This document shows, in pieces, positions 26,746-36,249 of a stretch of DNA of 64,000 bases (position 1 is the first letter of the stretch; each line of letters opens with the position of its first letter). Under the pieces are notes generated by a model. It searched no databases, was not told the DNA's origin, and saw only the letters and a list, made by a program, of their open reading frames with translations. The position numbers were made by a program, and so were the translations under genes. The DNA is from a virus: positions 1 to 64,000 of IMG/VR virus record IMGVR_UViG_3300037200_000067. One strand, written 5' to 3'.

Positions 26746-27942
26746 ATGGTCGACATCACATACGTTACGGCTGGCGAGTGGGGGCCGGGCCAAGGCACAA
26801 AATTGAGCGCGCCTCAGGCAGACGACAATATGTGGGCGCTCGCCTCGGCGGTTGTCGCGCTTCAGGACCATGCCGGCGTCGGCGTCGGCATTGCCAGTAT
26901 CGAGCAGATCAACGCCACGCAGTTCATGATCTATCTGACCAACGGGAACGGCGAAGGGCCGTTCACGTTGCCGACCAACCCCTGGAATTTCACGGGGCCA
27001 TGGCTGCCGGACACGCCGTATCTGCCCAACGACGTCGTCACGGCAAACGGCGCGGTCTATCTGATCACCTTGTCGTTTACCAGCGCGTCGGCGTTCAGCC
27101 CGAGCGCGACGGACGGCGACGGGCATCTTCTTTATAATCTCCTGCTGAGCAACCCTGACACAGTATTGCCCGCCGGGGGCCTGACCGGCTACACGCTGGT
27201 CAAGCGCAGCAACGCCAACTATGACGTCGCATGGGGCACGAACGCGATCGAAACCCTGACCGACGTCTCGATCAGCGAGTCTCCCCCGCCAAGCCTCTAT
27301 GACATCCTCGTTTACGACGCCGGCATCTGGACCAATGTCAGCATCGACACGATCGCCAGTTTGCTGCTCAATGTGGAGAACCTCGCGAATGTCGAATCAT
27401 ATGCCGAGAGTTCTGCTGGGTACTATGTGCTTTATGGCTATAGTGACGGTGTTGGCGACGTTTACTGGACTTCCACGCCCGTCGACACGTTCAACAACGA
27501 CCTGCTCCTCGGATACCTCGCTGACGCGGAATATCTGAATTATTCGATTACGCCAGCGACAGGCCAGTTTCTGCGCTATGGCAGCAGCTTCTGGGAACCC
27601 GAGAATATTCAAACGACGGATATCAACGATACGTTGACGGACCTCGGCTCTATCAGCGGAACGGCGACGGTTGATCCTTCTGTCGGATCATTATTCATGG
27701 CCGAGCCGTCTGGCGATTGCACCATCGGATTGGCTTCGCTCACAGGAACCACGGGCCGAGAAATCAAAATCCAGATCGAGACGTCGGGCAGCGTCCCTTA
27801 CAACATCACGTTCGATGACGTGAGCGGATTTATTTCGCAAGGCGTCCTGTCGACCGGGGTTCTCGACAGCAAGCGTTTCGTGGTATCCTTCGTCAGCGAC
27901 GGAACCTACATGAGCGAAACCAGCCGCACGTCGGCGATGTGA
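26746..27942 (+). CDS. Putative tail fibre / receptor-binding protein
   Basis: W.PDTPY..NDVV..NG..Y (CBM5/12-like), LPAGG.TG..L.K.S..NYD..W and L.DV spacer motifs common in fibres. Confidence 0.65.
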   Translation: MVDITYVTAGEWGPGQGTKLSAPQADDNMWALASAVVALQDHAGVGVGIASIEQINATQFMIYLTNGNGEGPFTLPTNPWNFTGPWLPDTPYLPNDVVTANGAVYLITLSFTSASAFSPSATDGDGHLLYNLLLSNPDTVLPAGGLTGYTLVKRSNANYDVAWGTNAIETLTDVSISESPPPSLYDILVYDAGIWTNVSIDTIASLLLNVENLANVESYAESSAGYYVLYGYSDGVGDVYWTSTPVDTFNNDLLLGYLADAEYLNYSITPATGQFLRYGSSFWEPENIQTTDINDTLTDLGSISGTATVDPSVGSLFMAEPSGDCTIGLASLTGTTGREIKIQIETSGSVPYNITFDDVSGFISQGVLSTGVLDSKRFVVSFVSDGTYMSETSRTSAM

Positions 27943-27945
27943 TCG

Positions 27946-28719
27946 ATGCCTGGGACTCCGAACGTCGACAAGCCGGGCGGACCCTATCGGCTCGATCCGT
28001 TCCAGCGGGTGGTAAATTACCAATATGGATGGCCGCAGTACATAGCTCCCGGCTGGTTTCTGTACTTCCTGTCGGTAACGTACGACTCGGCGACAGAGGG
28101 CGCGGCGGCGAGTGCGGAGGCCTACGTCAAAGCGAACCTCACGCTGATGCCAAGTTCGATCGCCGCATGGGCGACGCTGATCCTGGCGTGGCCCGGTCCT
28201 CCCACGCCGTTCCCTGTCCCTCCACTACCTGGGCCTGGGCCGGCAGTCCCGACGGCCGATCTGACGTTTGCGGACATCTATGGTGAGCCAAACACGGACC
28301 TCTTCCCGTACCTGACGCCGCAAGTGAACATACCAACGAACACGTTCACAAGCCTCGTGTCGTCAACCACGGAACAGACGGGATTTTCCACGTCCGGAGC
28401 GATGCTCAACACCGGCATTCACGGCGTCGGATTTATCGCGAGAACGTTCATCGGCTGCGCGACCTATCTGAGCAGCCCAGATCAAGTCATCACGGGAGCC
28501 GGCGCAGGGGGACTTGGGCTGTTTGACCCGGCTGATTTTGGCGCTGGAGGCGAGAGCTTTTCCGTCGATCAGTGGAATAATCAGTACACGAACGGCTTCG
28601 CCCATCGGTGGGGCTGGGCGGGAGGAGAACCGACGTTCACAGGCGAGTTAGCGACGGTGATTGCCACGCCTCCTGGCGTTGAAATGAATGCGACATGGTA
28701 TATTAGGGAGGGGTATTAG
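27946..28719 (+). CDS. Putative tail-associated protein
   Basis: PYRLDPFQRVVN N-terminus; operon position. Confidence 0.55.
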   Translation: MPGTPNVDKPGGPYRLDPFQRVVNYQYGWPQYIAPGWFLYFLSVTYDSATEGAAASAEAYVKANLTLMPSSIAAWATLILAWPGPPTPFPVPPLPGPGPAVPTADLTFADIYGEPNTDLFPYLTPQVNIPTNTFTSLVSSTTEQTGFSTSGAMLNTGIHGVGFIARTFIGCATYLSSPDQVITGAGAGGLGLFDPADFGAGGESFSVDQWNNQYTNGFAHRWGWAGGEPTFTGELATVIATPPGVEMNATWYIREGY

Positions 28720-31700
28720 TGGTCTATTGCACGCTGCACAATCCGACGAAAACGCCGCGCGTCATCCATGACGGCATCCCAGGATCGCAGAAGAAAATTC
28801 CGATCGGGCCAAACGAAACGACAGAGCCTGTCGAAATCGCCTTGCATATCGTCGAGACGCTGAGGGCGCGCCGCAATACGCTGATCGTCAACCAGCTTCG
28901 TCGACCCGACGCGCCCGCGCCCGTCGAGATTGGCGAATTGATCGCGCCAGAACCCGCCCCGGCGCCCGGCCGAAAGCCGCCGATCGTCATCCAGGGCATG
29001 TGGGGCATCGGCGATAATCTCCATCAGCGCGCCTTCCTGCGCGAACTGATGAAGACCAAGGATGTGTGGCTGGAGACCTGCTTTTTCCACCTCTACCACG
29101 ACATGATTCCGCAAGGTCTTCATATCATCCCAAGGCGCACGCGGCTGCGGGCGCAGGCCAAGATCATTGCCCAAGAAGAATCGCTGCATGGTCCTCTTGT
29201 TCCGCTCCCCGCCAACGCGCCGGCGCCGATAAAAATCTGGTACTACAAGACCGAGATTGATCGACAGGGATCAATCCTCGCGGAAATGATGCACCGCGTC
29301 GGCGTGAAGGTTCCGAGACCCGATTTCAGCATGCCGGTCCCTGACGAATGGAGGGCCACGGCAAGAGCGCTGATCAGCGGATGGAAGACCAGCGGCAAGC
29401 CGATCCTGCTCTACCGGCCGATCGTTCTCAGAAAAGAATGGGACGGAGCGGCCAGAAATCCCGATCCTCTGGTCTATCAGGCTCTGTTCCGATCCATCCG
29501 AGACAGGTTTTTCGTCGTGTCGCTCGCTGATCTTGAACCGGGGGTGGAATGGATCGTCGGCCCTGATCAGGCGGCAGACGTGAAATTGCATCACGCCGAG
29601 CTGGATTTTCGGGGCATGGCTGGATTGTTTGCCGAGGTCGACATGGCGTTTTGCTGCGCGGGCATGGGGCCGGTGCTCGCTCAGGCCGTCGGAACTCCGG
29701 TGGTGATCGTCTATGGCGGCAGGGAGAGTTTCAAGACGACGGAATCAGCCGGCGCACACCTCGCGCCGACGCTGGGGCTTGATCCAAACCATCCTTGCGA
29801 CTGCCACAGCCATCGGCATGCCTGCGATAAACGGATGACCCTGGCGCCCGCCCTAGGGCGTCTGAGGGCCTTCGTTGACGAACACACGACCAGGCGCCGG
29901 ACGTTGATCTTCGCCACGACCTATGTCGACTGTCGAGAGCGGGCGATGCTGACGGACCAATGGATTACTTTGGTCAAGGAAAAGAACCCCTGGTGCGATA
30001 TTCTGATCGTCGACGCGAAAAGCCCATGGTCGCCGCTGATTGATGAAAAGTCTCACGGCAGATTCATCAAGTACACGCCCGGCCGGCAAAGCCGCCAGAT
30101 GCTGCATGTGTTTGACGAGAACGTCGGCCACCTTTCACGAGGAGGCAAAGACGGCTGGGGGCGCGCCTTCACCTTCGGGCTTCAGGCGGCGATCGACTGC
30201 GGCTATGACTTCGTGGCCCATATCGAGGGCGACAGTCTTTTCAGGCTTCCTGTCGGGCCGATCATTGATCAGATGGCGCATGAGAACGTGAAGGCCATGT
30301 CGATCCCGGTTGTCGGGATGACGGTGACGCTGAGGGATTGGGTTGAGACCGGCCTGATGTTTTTCGAGACCGCCTATCTGCGCGAAAGCAAATTCGTCGA
30401 GAAATACGACTGGAAGGCTCGCACGCCGGCGCCGACGCCCGAAAAGGTGGTGAGGGCTCTGCTGGGCGACAGTCTCGTCATGGCGTCGTGGAAGGGCATG
30501 AGAGGCGACAAGGGCCAGATCACGCACAAAAACGTCGACAAACTCGACCTCGACTGGATCACGCATTGCCACACCGACGTCTGGGCTTATGATCGCTTTC
30601 TCGCCCTCGCGTTGGGCCGAAAGGAGGTGGTGCCAAGTGTACGAGGAAATGCCGTGGAGCCCTTACCGGCCCCCGATGTCGCCTCTCAGAGGCCCATTGT
30701 AGCGACGCCAGCCGAGAAGCTGAATTTCGGGTGCGGGACGAACAAGCTTCCCGGCTGGCGCAACATGGACATCGAGGTCGACATCGAAAAGCCGCTGCCC
30801 TTCGCGGATCATTCAGCTTCAATCGTTTTCTCAGAGCATTGCGTCGAGCACGTCGACTATTATGCGGCTATCCGGTTTTTTCAGGAAGCGTGGCGCGTGC
30901 TAAAGCCTGGCGGCGTGATCCGGATCGCGGTTCCATCCATCGAAAAGATCATGGAGAGCGATGACGCCGAATATTGGAAATTCTCGACCAAATTTCAGAC
31001 CAAGGGTCCGACCAAACGCGGCGCGATGCACGGCATCCTGTTCTCCCACGGCCACAAGACCGGCTGGACATCGAACCTTCTCAGAGCCACGCTCTATTAC
31101 GCGGGCTTTGAAGACCTGACGATCCATATGCCGGGCGAGTCCTTTAGAGACGAAACCAAAAACCTCGAAGGGCATGACAAGGTCATAGGAAAACGGTTCA
31201 ATGATCTCGAAACGATCGCCGTCGAAGGCGTGAAGCCCGATCCAGAAGCGATGGCGAGGATGGCTGCGACGGTTCAACCGATTGCTCTTCCATCCCCTGA
31301 TCCGATCAAGCTCGCGATCGTGGTCGGCGGCGGCAATGATCCGATCGAGGAAGCGCAGCAAGCCGCCCTTTACGCTCACAAAGCGGGCCTTGAACCGACT
31401 TATTTCATCGTAAACGACATGATCGCCCACTTTCCGCATGAGGCCGTTGCGGTCACATTGCATCGTGAGAAGCTTGAGGGCTGGATGCAGACGCGCGTGC
31501 GCGAGGGACTGCCGCTGATCAGTCAAGTCTGGGGCCACCGCAAATATGACCGCATCACCAATGTCACCGAGGACTGGTCAGGCTCATCCGGCCTGTTTGC
31601 GGTCAAGATCGCCCGGATGCTCGGGTTCACGCGGATCATCTTGGCTGGCGTCCCGATGACGGCGGACGGCAATCATTTTGTGCGCAAAGTGAGGTGGAAC

Positions 31701-31832
31701 GCCGTGCAGGGCTTCCGCCGAGGCTGGGAGCGCCATAAGGACGAGATCGCGCCTTACGTGCGCTCAGTGTCGGGCTGGACCGCCGAGCAGTTCGGCAAGC
31801 CGACAGAGGACTTTCTGAGGGGCAAGCCGTGA
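28719..31832 (+). CDS. Multidomain enzyme: head-protein-like N-terminus + GT9-like (GT-B) + GT-A-like + class I SAM methyltransferase + Maf/MptE(DUF115)-like domain
   Basis: QGMWGIGDNL and GPVLAQAVGTPVVIVYGG (GT9); ILIVD...VAHIEGDS (GT-A); KLNFGCG...EHCVEH...RVLKPGGVIRIAVP (MTase); AIVVGGG...SGSSGLFAVKIA...IILAGVPM. Confidence 0.8.
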   Translation: MVYCTLHNPTKTPRVIHDGIPGSQKKIPIGPNETTEPVEIALHIVETLRARRNTLIVNQLRRPDAPAPVEIGELIAPEPAPAPGRKPPIVIQGMWGIGDNLHQRAFLRELMKTKDVWLETCFFHLYHDMIPQGLHIIPRRTRLRAQAKIIAQEESLHGPLVPLPANAPAPIKIWYYKTEIDRQGSILAEMMHRVGVKVPRPDFSMPVPDEWRATARALISGWKTSGKPILLYRPIVLRKEWDGAARNPDPLVYQALFRSIRDRFFVVSLADLEPGVEWIVGPDQAADVKLHHAELDFRGMAGLFAEVDMAFCCAGMGPVLAQAVGTPVVIVYGGRESFKTTESAGAHLAPTLGLDPNHPCDCHSHRHACDKRMTLAPALGRLRAFVDEHTTRRRTLIFATTYVDCRERAMLTDQWITLVKEKNPWCDILIVDAKSPWSPLIDEKSHGRFIKYTPGRQSRQMLHVFDENVGHLSRGGKDGWGRAFTFGLQAAIDCGYDFVAHIEGDSLFRLPVGPIIDQMAHENVKAMSIPVVGMTVTLRDWVETGLMFFETAYLRESKFVEKYDWKARTPAPTPEKVVRALLGDSLVMASWKGMRGDKGQITHKNVDKLDLDWITHCHTDVWAYDRFLALALGRKEVVPSVRGNAVEPLPAPDVASQRPIVATPAEKLNFGCGTNKLPGWRNMDIEVDIEKPLPFADHSASIVFSEHCVEHVDYYAAIRFFQEAWRVLKPGGVIRIAVPSIEKIMESDDAEYWKFSTKFQTKGPTKRGAMHGILFSHGHKTGWTSNLLRATLYYAGFEDLTIHMPGESFRDETKNLEGHDKVIGKRFNDLETIAVEGVKPDPEAMARMAATVQPIALPSPDPIKLAIVVGGGNDPIEEAQQAALYAHKAGLEPTYFIVNDMIAHFPHEAVAVTLHREKLEGWMQTRVREGLPLISQVWGHRKYDRITNVTEDWSGSSGLFAVKIARMLGFTRIILAGVPMTADGNHFVRKVRWNAVQGFRRGWERHKDEIAPYVRSVSGWTAEQFGKPTEDFLRGKP

Positions 31833-32407
31833 GCAACATCGCAGCCGATTACGACGACAAGTTTTTCCAGATGCATGTCGGCTGGCGCGCCGAATACAAC
31901 GCCATGGCCGAGATTCTGATCAAGCACTTGCTTGGTGGAAAATCGACCGTCATCGATATCGGCTGCGGCAACGGCTATATCGCACAGAAGCTGATCTCGC
32001 GCGGGTTCCGCGTGGTCGGCGTCGATGGATCGCCCGTCGCCCGCAAGTATTTCCCGCAAGTGCTGATCCGCGACCTGCGCACGCCTTACGCGCATCCCCA
32101 AAGGCACGACCTCGTAATCTGCACGGAAGTCGCCGAACATCTTGAGGAGAAGTTCGCCGATACGCTGGTCCAGTCGATCATCGCCTGCGCCAAGGACACG
32201 ATCTGGTTTTCAGCGGCGGTCGCCGGCAACGGCGGCCACCTCCACCTCAACGAGCAGCCGCACGAATACTGGCACGAGAAATTCGCCGCTAAAGGCTGGA
32301 TCGTCGATGAGGAGAAAACCGAGGCGATCCGCGCCGATCTCCACGAGCGGGTGATCAATATCTGGTGGTTCGAGGCCAACAGCTACGTGCTGCGAAGGGC
32401 GCAATAG
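31829..32407 (+). CDS. Class I SAM-dependent methyltransferase
   Basis: VIDIGCGNG, GVDGS, DLVICTEVAEHL and HLNEQPHEYW motifs. Confidence 0.85.
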   Translation: MSNIAADYDDKFFQMHVGWRAEYNAMAEILIKHLLGGKSTVIDIGCGNGYIAQKLISRGFRVVGVDGSPVARKYFPQVLIRDLRTPYAHPQRHDLVICTEVAEHLEEKFADTLVQSIIACAKDTIWFSAAVAGNGGHLHLNEQPHEYWHEKFAAKGWIVDEEKTEAIRADLHERVINIWWFEANSYVLRRAQ

Positions 32408-32430
32408 GCGCCCTCCCCGAAAGAATGGAA

Positions 32431-33408
32431 TCAAGTCCTAAAAACCTCGCGCCGGTGGCAGCGCGTTACAAAGTCGTCGATCCAGTCATAATCCGGCTCG
32501 GCTTGAAGTGTGGAGACGGCAGACGCGGCTTCGACGTCGGCGAGCCCTTGCTCAATCTCGGCGGCGACATCCTGATAGGCGCACCGCCCGAGTTTGATCG
32601 CGAGGATGTGCGCGGCGTCAGGAATTGGAAAAGTCACGCGCCCCGTCGTCAGCATTTCGATCGCTTGCCGCGCCACGCGAACAGCATGGGATAGCGCCTT
32701 CCAGTCAACGCCGTTCTGACTTTCCGCCTGAAGCGCGCGGGCGCCGTAGTCTTTGACGAGGGCGTGCATTATATCGCGCGCGTTTTTGATTGATGCAGAG
32801 TAGGACAACTTTCGCCCGCAGACTTCCCAGTGGTCCATCATCACGCCAGATGCGTGCTCAATCGGCACGATGGCCATATGTTCGTCGCTGGCGACGGCAT
32901 GATCAATGAAAGGCGCGATCTCTCGCAACTTCGCGGTCGTTCCAAGCCCCTCTACGGCGTCGTCGAGAATCGCTAGCGCCTTGCGCGCTGCGGCGACGCG
33001 CGAACCCTTGATGCCATACTTGTTGGCCTGCTGACGGCAATAACCGACGAAGGCGGCGGACTTGCTTGTGATCAGGCGATGGCGATTGGCGACCACCTCG
33101 CGCCACTCTGGCGACGGCGGTTCGGTCATACTCCATTCGGGTGCGAACAGCACGTCGGTGGCGACTGTCTGCCCCTCAGACATCAGGGACAGATAGCGTT
33201 GCAGGCTGAAGGACTCCTCATCGACTTCTCCAGCGAAGTTCTTTTCGCCTTCGCTCTTTGCGCGCTTAGTCGAGATTGATCCGCGAACGCGCTGCAACAG
33301 GATTGAGCGCGCGTCGGGCATGTAGACGCTTTTGAAATCGAGGTCAGACTGCGGCGTTGATGTCCCGTAAAGGTGCGAACCGAATTTGATGCGGACCAGC
33401 GTTCTCAT
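32431..33408 (-). CDS. Nucleotidyltransferase, Pol-beta superfamily (RlaP/YcgL-like phage family)
   Basis: FGSHLYGT..P.SD.D motif, GYC..QA.KY and DWKALSHAVR. Confidence 0.82.
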   Translation of the reverse strand: MRTLVRIKFGSHLYGTSTPQSDLDFKSVYMPDARSILLQRVRGSISTKRAKSEGEKNFAGEVDEESFSLQRYLSLMSEGQTVATDVLFAPEWSMTEPPSPEWREVVANRHRLITSKSAAFVGYCRQQANKYGIKGSRVAAARKALAILDDAVEGLGTTAKLREIAPFIDHAVASDEHMAIVPIEHASGVMMDHWEVCGRKLSYSASIKNARDIMHALVKDYGARALQAESQNGVDWKALSHAVRVARQAIEMLTTGRVTFPIPDAAHILAIKLGRCAYQDVAAEIEQGLADVEAASAVSTLQAEPDYDWIDDFVTRCHRREVFRT

Positions 33409-33626
33409 TTGTCCACCAAGAGGAATTTTTCGTCGAGGTCGTGAAAGGTGAACCGCGCTGTGGGCTGCGTCCAGTCGCCGTTCGCGAAGATCACGATGTC
33501 ATCCGGCCCAATATCACGGCGCGCGCGAGTGTCCCACCCCCGATGGATGAATCTTGGACCACCCCATATCCGGTAGGCGCTCCAGTAGCGATCGTCCCGG
33601 AATCCCACGTAATGAACCGCGCGCAT
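33405..33626 (-). CDS. Small hypothetical protein coupled to the nucleotidyltransferase
   Basis: Stop overlaps the NTase start; VHYVGFRDDRY...FIHRGWD.RA. Confidence 0.6.
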   Translation of the reverse strand: MRAVHYVGFRDDRYWSAYRIWGGPRFIHRGWDTRARRDIGPDDIVIFANGDWTQPTARFTFHDLDEKFLLVDK

Positions 33627-33734
33627 CAGCCAAGCCCATTTTCTCTCCCGCCTCCACTCTAAATCGCGGTTGGGGGCCGCAATAGGCGCTAGCGCTCCAA
33701 ATCGCACACAAAATCAACGCGGGGTCTTCACGGA

Positions 33735-33752
33735 GCCTTCATAATTGAAGGC
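33735..33752. promoter_or_regulatory. Inverted repeat (operator-like) in a divergent intergenic region
   Basis: GCCTTCA-TAAT-TGAAGGC. Confidence 0.4.
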
Positions 33753-33768
33753 GAAACCATGGCGATAG

Positions 33769-33782
33769 GTTTCACGTGAAAC
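33769..33782. promoter_or_regulatory. parS: parS-type palindrome (ParB binding site)
   Basis: Perfect GTTTCACGTGAAAC, the 14-bp core of the widespread bacterial chromosomal parS consensus. Confidence 0.7.
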
Positions 33783-33797
33783 GAGGGGCGATTGGGC

Positions 33798-34589
33798 ATG
33801 GTCGACGTCAATTTCGCCGGCTGCTACGCCGACACGCTCGTATTCGAGGGTGGCTACTCGGACAACCCGAATGATCCAGGCGGTTCAACAGATCGTGGAA
33901 TCACCCAGACAACCTACGACGCTTATCGGCGGACCATAGGCGCGTTCACGCGCGATGTCCGCGACATGACGGATACGGAGTGCCGGGCGATCTACCGCAC
34001 GTATTGGGATGCGGTGCGTGGTGACGAGCTATGGGATGGACTCGACCTTCTCCAATATGACGAGTGTGTCAACAGCGGGTCTGCCGAGGCGGTCCGCCTC
34101 ATGCAGCAGACACTGGGCATTGAAGCCGACGGCTTCTTTGGCCTAGAGACGCTCGCCGCCGTCAATGCGGTCGTCGACAAGCCAGCCTTCATCAAAGACC
34201 TCTGTGCCCGGCGCCTCTCATTTTGGAGGTCGCTTTCGACGTGGCAGTTCTTCAAGGGGGGCTGGACGACACGCGACTACGGTATGGAAGCCAAGGCGCT
34301 CGCGCTTTGCGCCACATCGAAAGGCGCTGGGTCGCTTTCTGCTGCACCCGTTCCAGCGCCGGCCCAGCCGCCGAATCCCAGCTATGCTGATGGCTCCACA
34401 GAGTGGCTACAGGCGTCGCTGAATGCCCTCGGGGCTGCGCCGCCGCTGTCCGTCGACGGCGACTATGGCGCGGCCACCACGCGGGCCGTTGTGGCATTCC
34501 AACAGGCGACGAAGGGGCTATGGATTGACGGCGCCGCCGGGCCTAAAACGAAGGCTGCGATCAAAGCAGCACTGGCGGCAAAGTCATGA
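33798..34589 (+). CDS. Endolysin, glycoside hydrolase family 108 with C-terminal peptidoglycan-binding domain
   Basis: EGGYSDNPNDPGG.T..GIT catalytic motif; C-terminal LQ..LN...VDGDYG..T..AV.AFQ...DG..GP.T. Confidence 0.9.
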   Translation: MVDVNFAGCYADTLVFEGGYSDNPNDPGGSTDRGITQTTYDAYRRTIGAFTRDVRDMTDTECRAIYRTYWDAVRGDELWDGLDLLQYDECVNSGSAEAVRLMQQTLGIEADGFFGLETLAAVNAVVDKPAFIKDLCARRLSFWRSLSTWQFFKGGWTTRDYGMEAKALALCATSKGAGSLSAAPVPAPAQPPNPSYADGSTEWLQASLNALGAAPPLSVDGDYGAATTRAVVAFQQATKGLWIDGAAGPKTKAAIKAALAAKS

Positions 34590-35308
34590 ACGATTTCTAC
34601 GTTTACATCGGCGTCCACCCAGACACCGAGGAATCCTGTTATATCGGGAAGGGGCGCGGTCAAAGAATTGGCGATCACTCGCCGCTGCTGAAGAAGGGGA
34701 CGCACCCAAACGTCAGGTTGCAGAGCATCTTCGATAGGCACGGCCCTATCCTATGGGCAAAGCTCCACGAAGGCCTCTCGGAGCGCGAGGCATTCGAGAT
34801 AGAAAAGGCACTTGTCGCGCTTTTGGGCAGGGGGCGCGGCAAGCCGCTTTGCAACAAGACGGATGGTGGTGACGGAACGAGTGGCCATAAGCACACCGAA
34901 GAAGCGCGCGCCAGAATGAGCCGTGCCCAGAAAGGGCACTATGTATCGCCAGAAGCGAGAGCAAAAATAGGCGCGGCGCACCGTGGCAAGAAACTGTCGC
35001 CAGAGCACCGTGCTAAGTTTATTGCCCATAACCACGAGCCAAAGTCGCCAGAACACCTAGCAAAAATTCAGGCGGCAAAGATCGGCAGGCCACGGTCTGC
35101 AGAGACGAAGCAAAAACTTAGTGAGGCGCTGAAGGGACGGAAGCAGCCGGCACGGTCGCCTGAGTACCGCAAAAACATCAGTGAGCACAAAAAGCGATGG
35201 TGGGCCGAGCAAAGGGTAGCCATGGTCGCGCTCGGAATGGAACCTACTTTCGCGGGAATAATCAGAAATGCGCAGGCAAAGCGCGCCGCTTTAAAGGGGG
35301 CGGCATGA
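34586..35308 (+). mobile_element. Free-standing GIY-YIG homing endonuclease with NUMOD3 repeats
   Basis: FYVY...CYIGKG.G.R, N.TDGGDG.SG and repeated HTEEARARMS / S.E.RAKI..A..G units. Confidence 0.82.
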
Positions 35309-35643
35309 AGCTCGCGAGCGCAGCGGCCATCGCGGCAGGCGCCATCGGGTTCGCGCGGCCAGTGTTTGCCCATGATACCTGGGCGAGCGGCGAGCCGGTC
35401 CCCGCGTGGGTAAAACGCGCCTGCTGCGGGCCAGACGACGTTCACCACCTGCGCAAAGAACAGGTGCGCCTTGAAGTGGACGGGTGGCACGTCGACGGCT
35501 ATCCAGATGTCATCCCGGCCGGAACCGAGCAGCCATCGCCAGACGGCGAATACTGGATTTTCTATCGGACGAATACGCGGGCAGACGGGTCGACATATCA
35601 AACACGTGTCTATTGCTTTTTCGTCCCGCCCACGAGTTTCTGA
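35305..35643 (+). CDS. Secreted Cys-containing hypothetical protein
   Basis: Signal peptide ending AHD; CCGPDD, SPDGEYW and YCFFVP motifs. Confidence 0.65.
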   Translation: MKLASAAAIAAGAIGFARPVFAHDTWASGEPVPAWVKRACCGPDDVHHLRKEQVRLEVDGWHVDGYPDVIPAGTEQPSPDGEYWIFYRTNTRADGSTYQTRVYCFFVPPTSF

Positions 35644-35655
35644 CAGGAGCCTCCC

Positions 35656-35979
35656 ATGTCCATTGATCCACGCGTCGCGCTCATCATCAAGATCGTCCTC
35701 GCGCTCGCCACGGCGATTGCTGGCGGGGGCCTGCCGCTGGCCGGCATCGTCTCCCCGCAGACGGCTGCGCTGATCGTCGCCATCGCGTCCTCGCTGACGG
35801 TGGTCCTCGGCATCATTCTGACGGCGTATAGCTCCTCGACTCCGGGCCCGCTTGCCCCGCAGGACGCGCCCGTCGTCGCCGCGGCAACCGCTCTGTCGGA
35901 ACTGCCGCCAAGCGCCGCCGCTTCTGTCGTTGCGTCAGCAAAGAGCGCGGTGGTCGCGGCTGCCGCAGCGCACGTCTGA
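35656..35979 (+). CDS. Putative holin
   Basis: Two hydrophobic helices, downstream of the endolysin; ACAGGAG RBS. Confidence 0.55.
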   Translation: MSIDPRVALIIKIVLALATAIAGGGLPLAGIVSPQTAALIVAIASSLTVVLGIILTAYSSSTPGPLAPQDAPVVAAATALSELPPSAAASVVASAKSAVVAAAAAHV

Positions 35980-35992
35980 AAAGGAACGTCCC

Positions 35993-36238
35993 ATGTGCTT
36001 CTCCCTGAGCTTTATTGAGAGCCTGCTCATCGACCTTGTGGTGATCGCCGTCGTCGTCGCCATTCTGCGGCTCCTCGTGCCGTGGATTCTCGGACAGATT
36101 GGCTTCAACGCCCCGCCGATCATGCGGGTGATCGACATCATCGTGTGGGCGATCGTGATCATCTTCGTGATCGTGGTTGTCTTTGATTTGCTTCGCTGCG
36201 TGGTCGGCGGCGGCGGCTTTCCGCTCCTGCCTCACTGA
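35993..36238 (+). CDS. Small membrane protein (lysis cassette)
   Basis: Two TM segments; AAGGA RBS. Confidence 0.6.
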   Translation: MCFSLSFIESLLIDLVVIAVVVAILRLLVPWILGQIGFNAPPIMRVIDIIVWAIVIIFVIVVVFDLLRCVVGGGGFPLLPH

Positions 36239-36249
36239 AAGGAAACACC

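Noticed and set aside
11313-28719. Diversity-generating retroelement acting on the fibre genes
   Set aside because: No reverse transcriptase motif and no template/variable repeat pair differing at adenines was found.
32396-32414. Hairpin AGGGCGC-AATAG-GCGCCCT as a terminator
   Set aside because: Plausible position between convergent genes, but there is no U-tract on either strand, so it is not called.
34586-35308. Group I intron around the GIY-YIG ORF
   Set aside because: The ORF overlaps both neighbours by 4 bp, leaving no room for intron core structure, and the endolysin appears complete.
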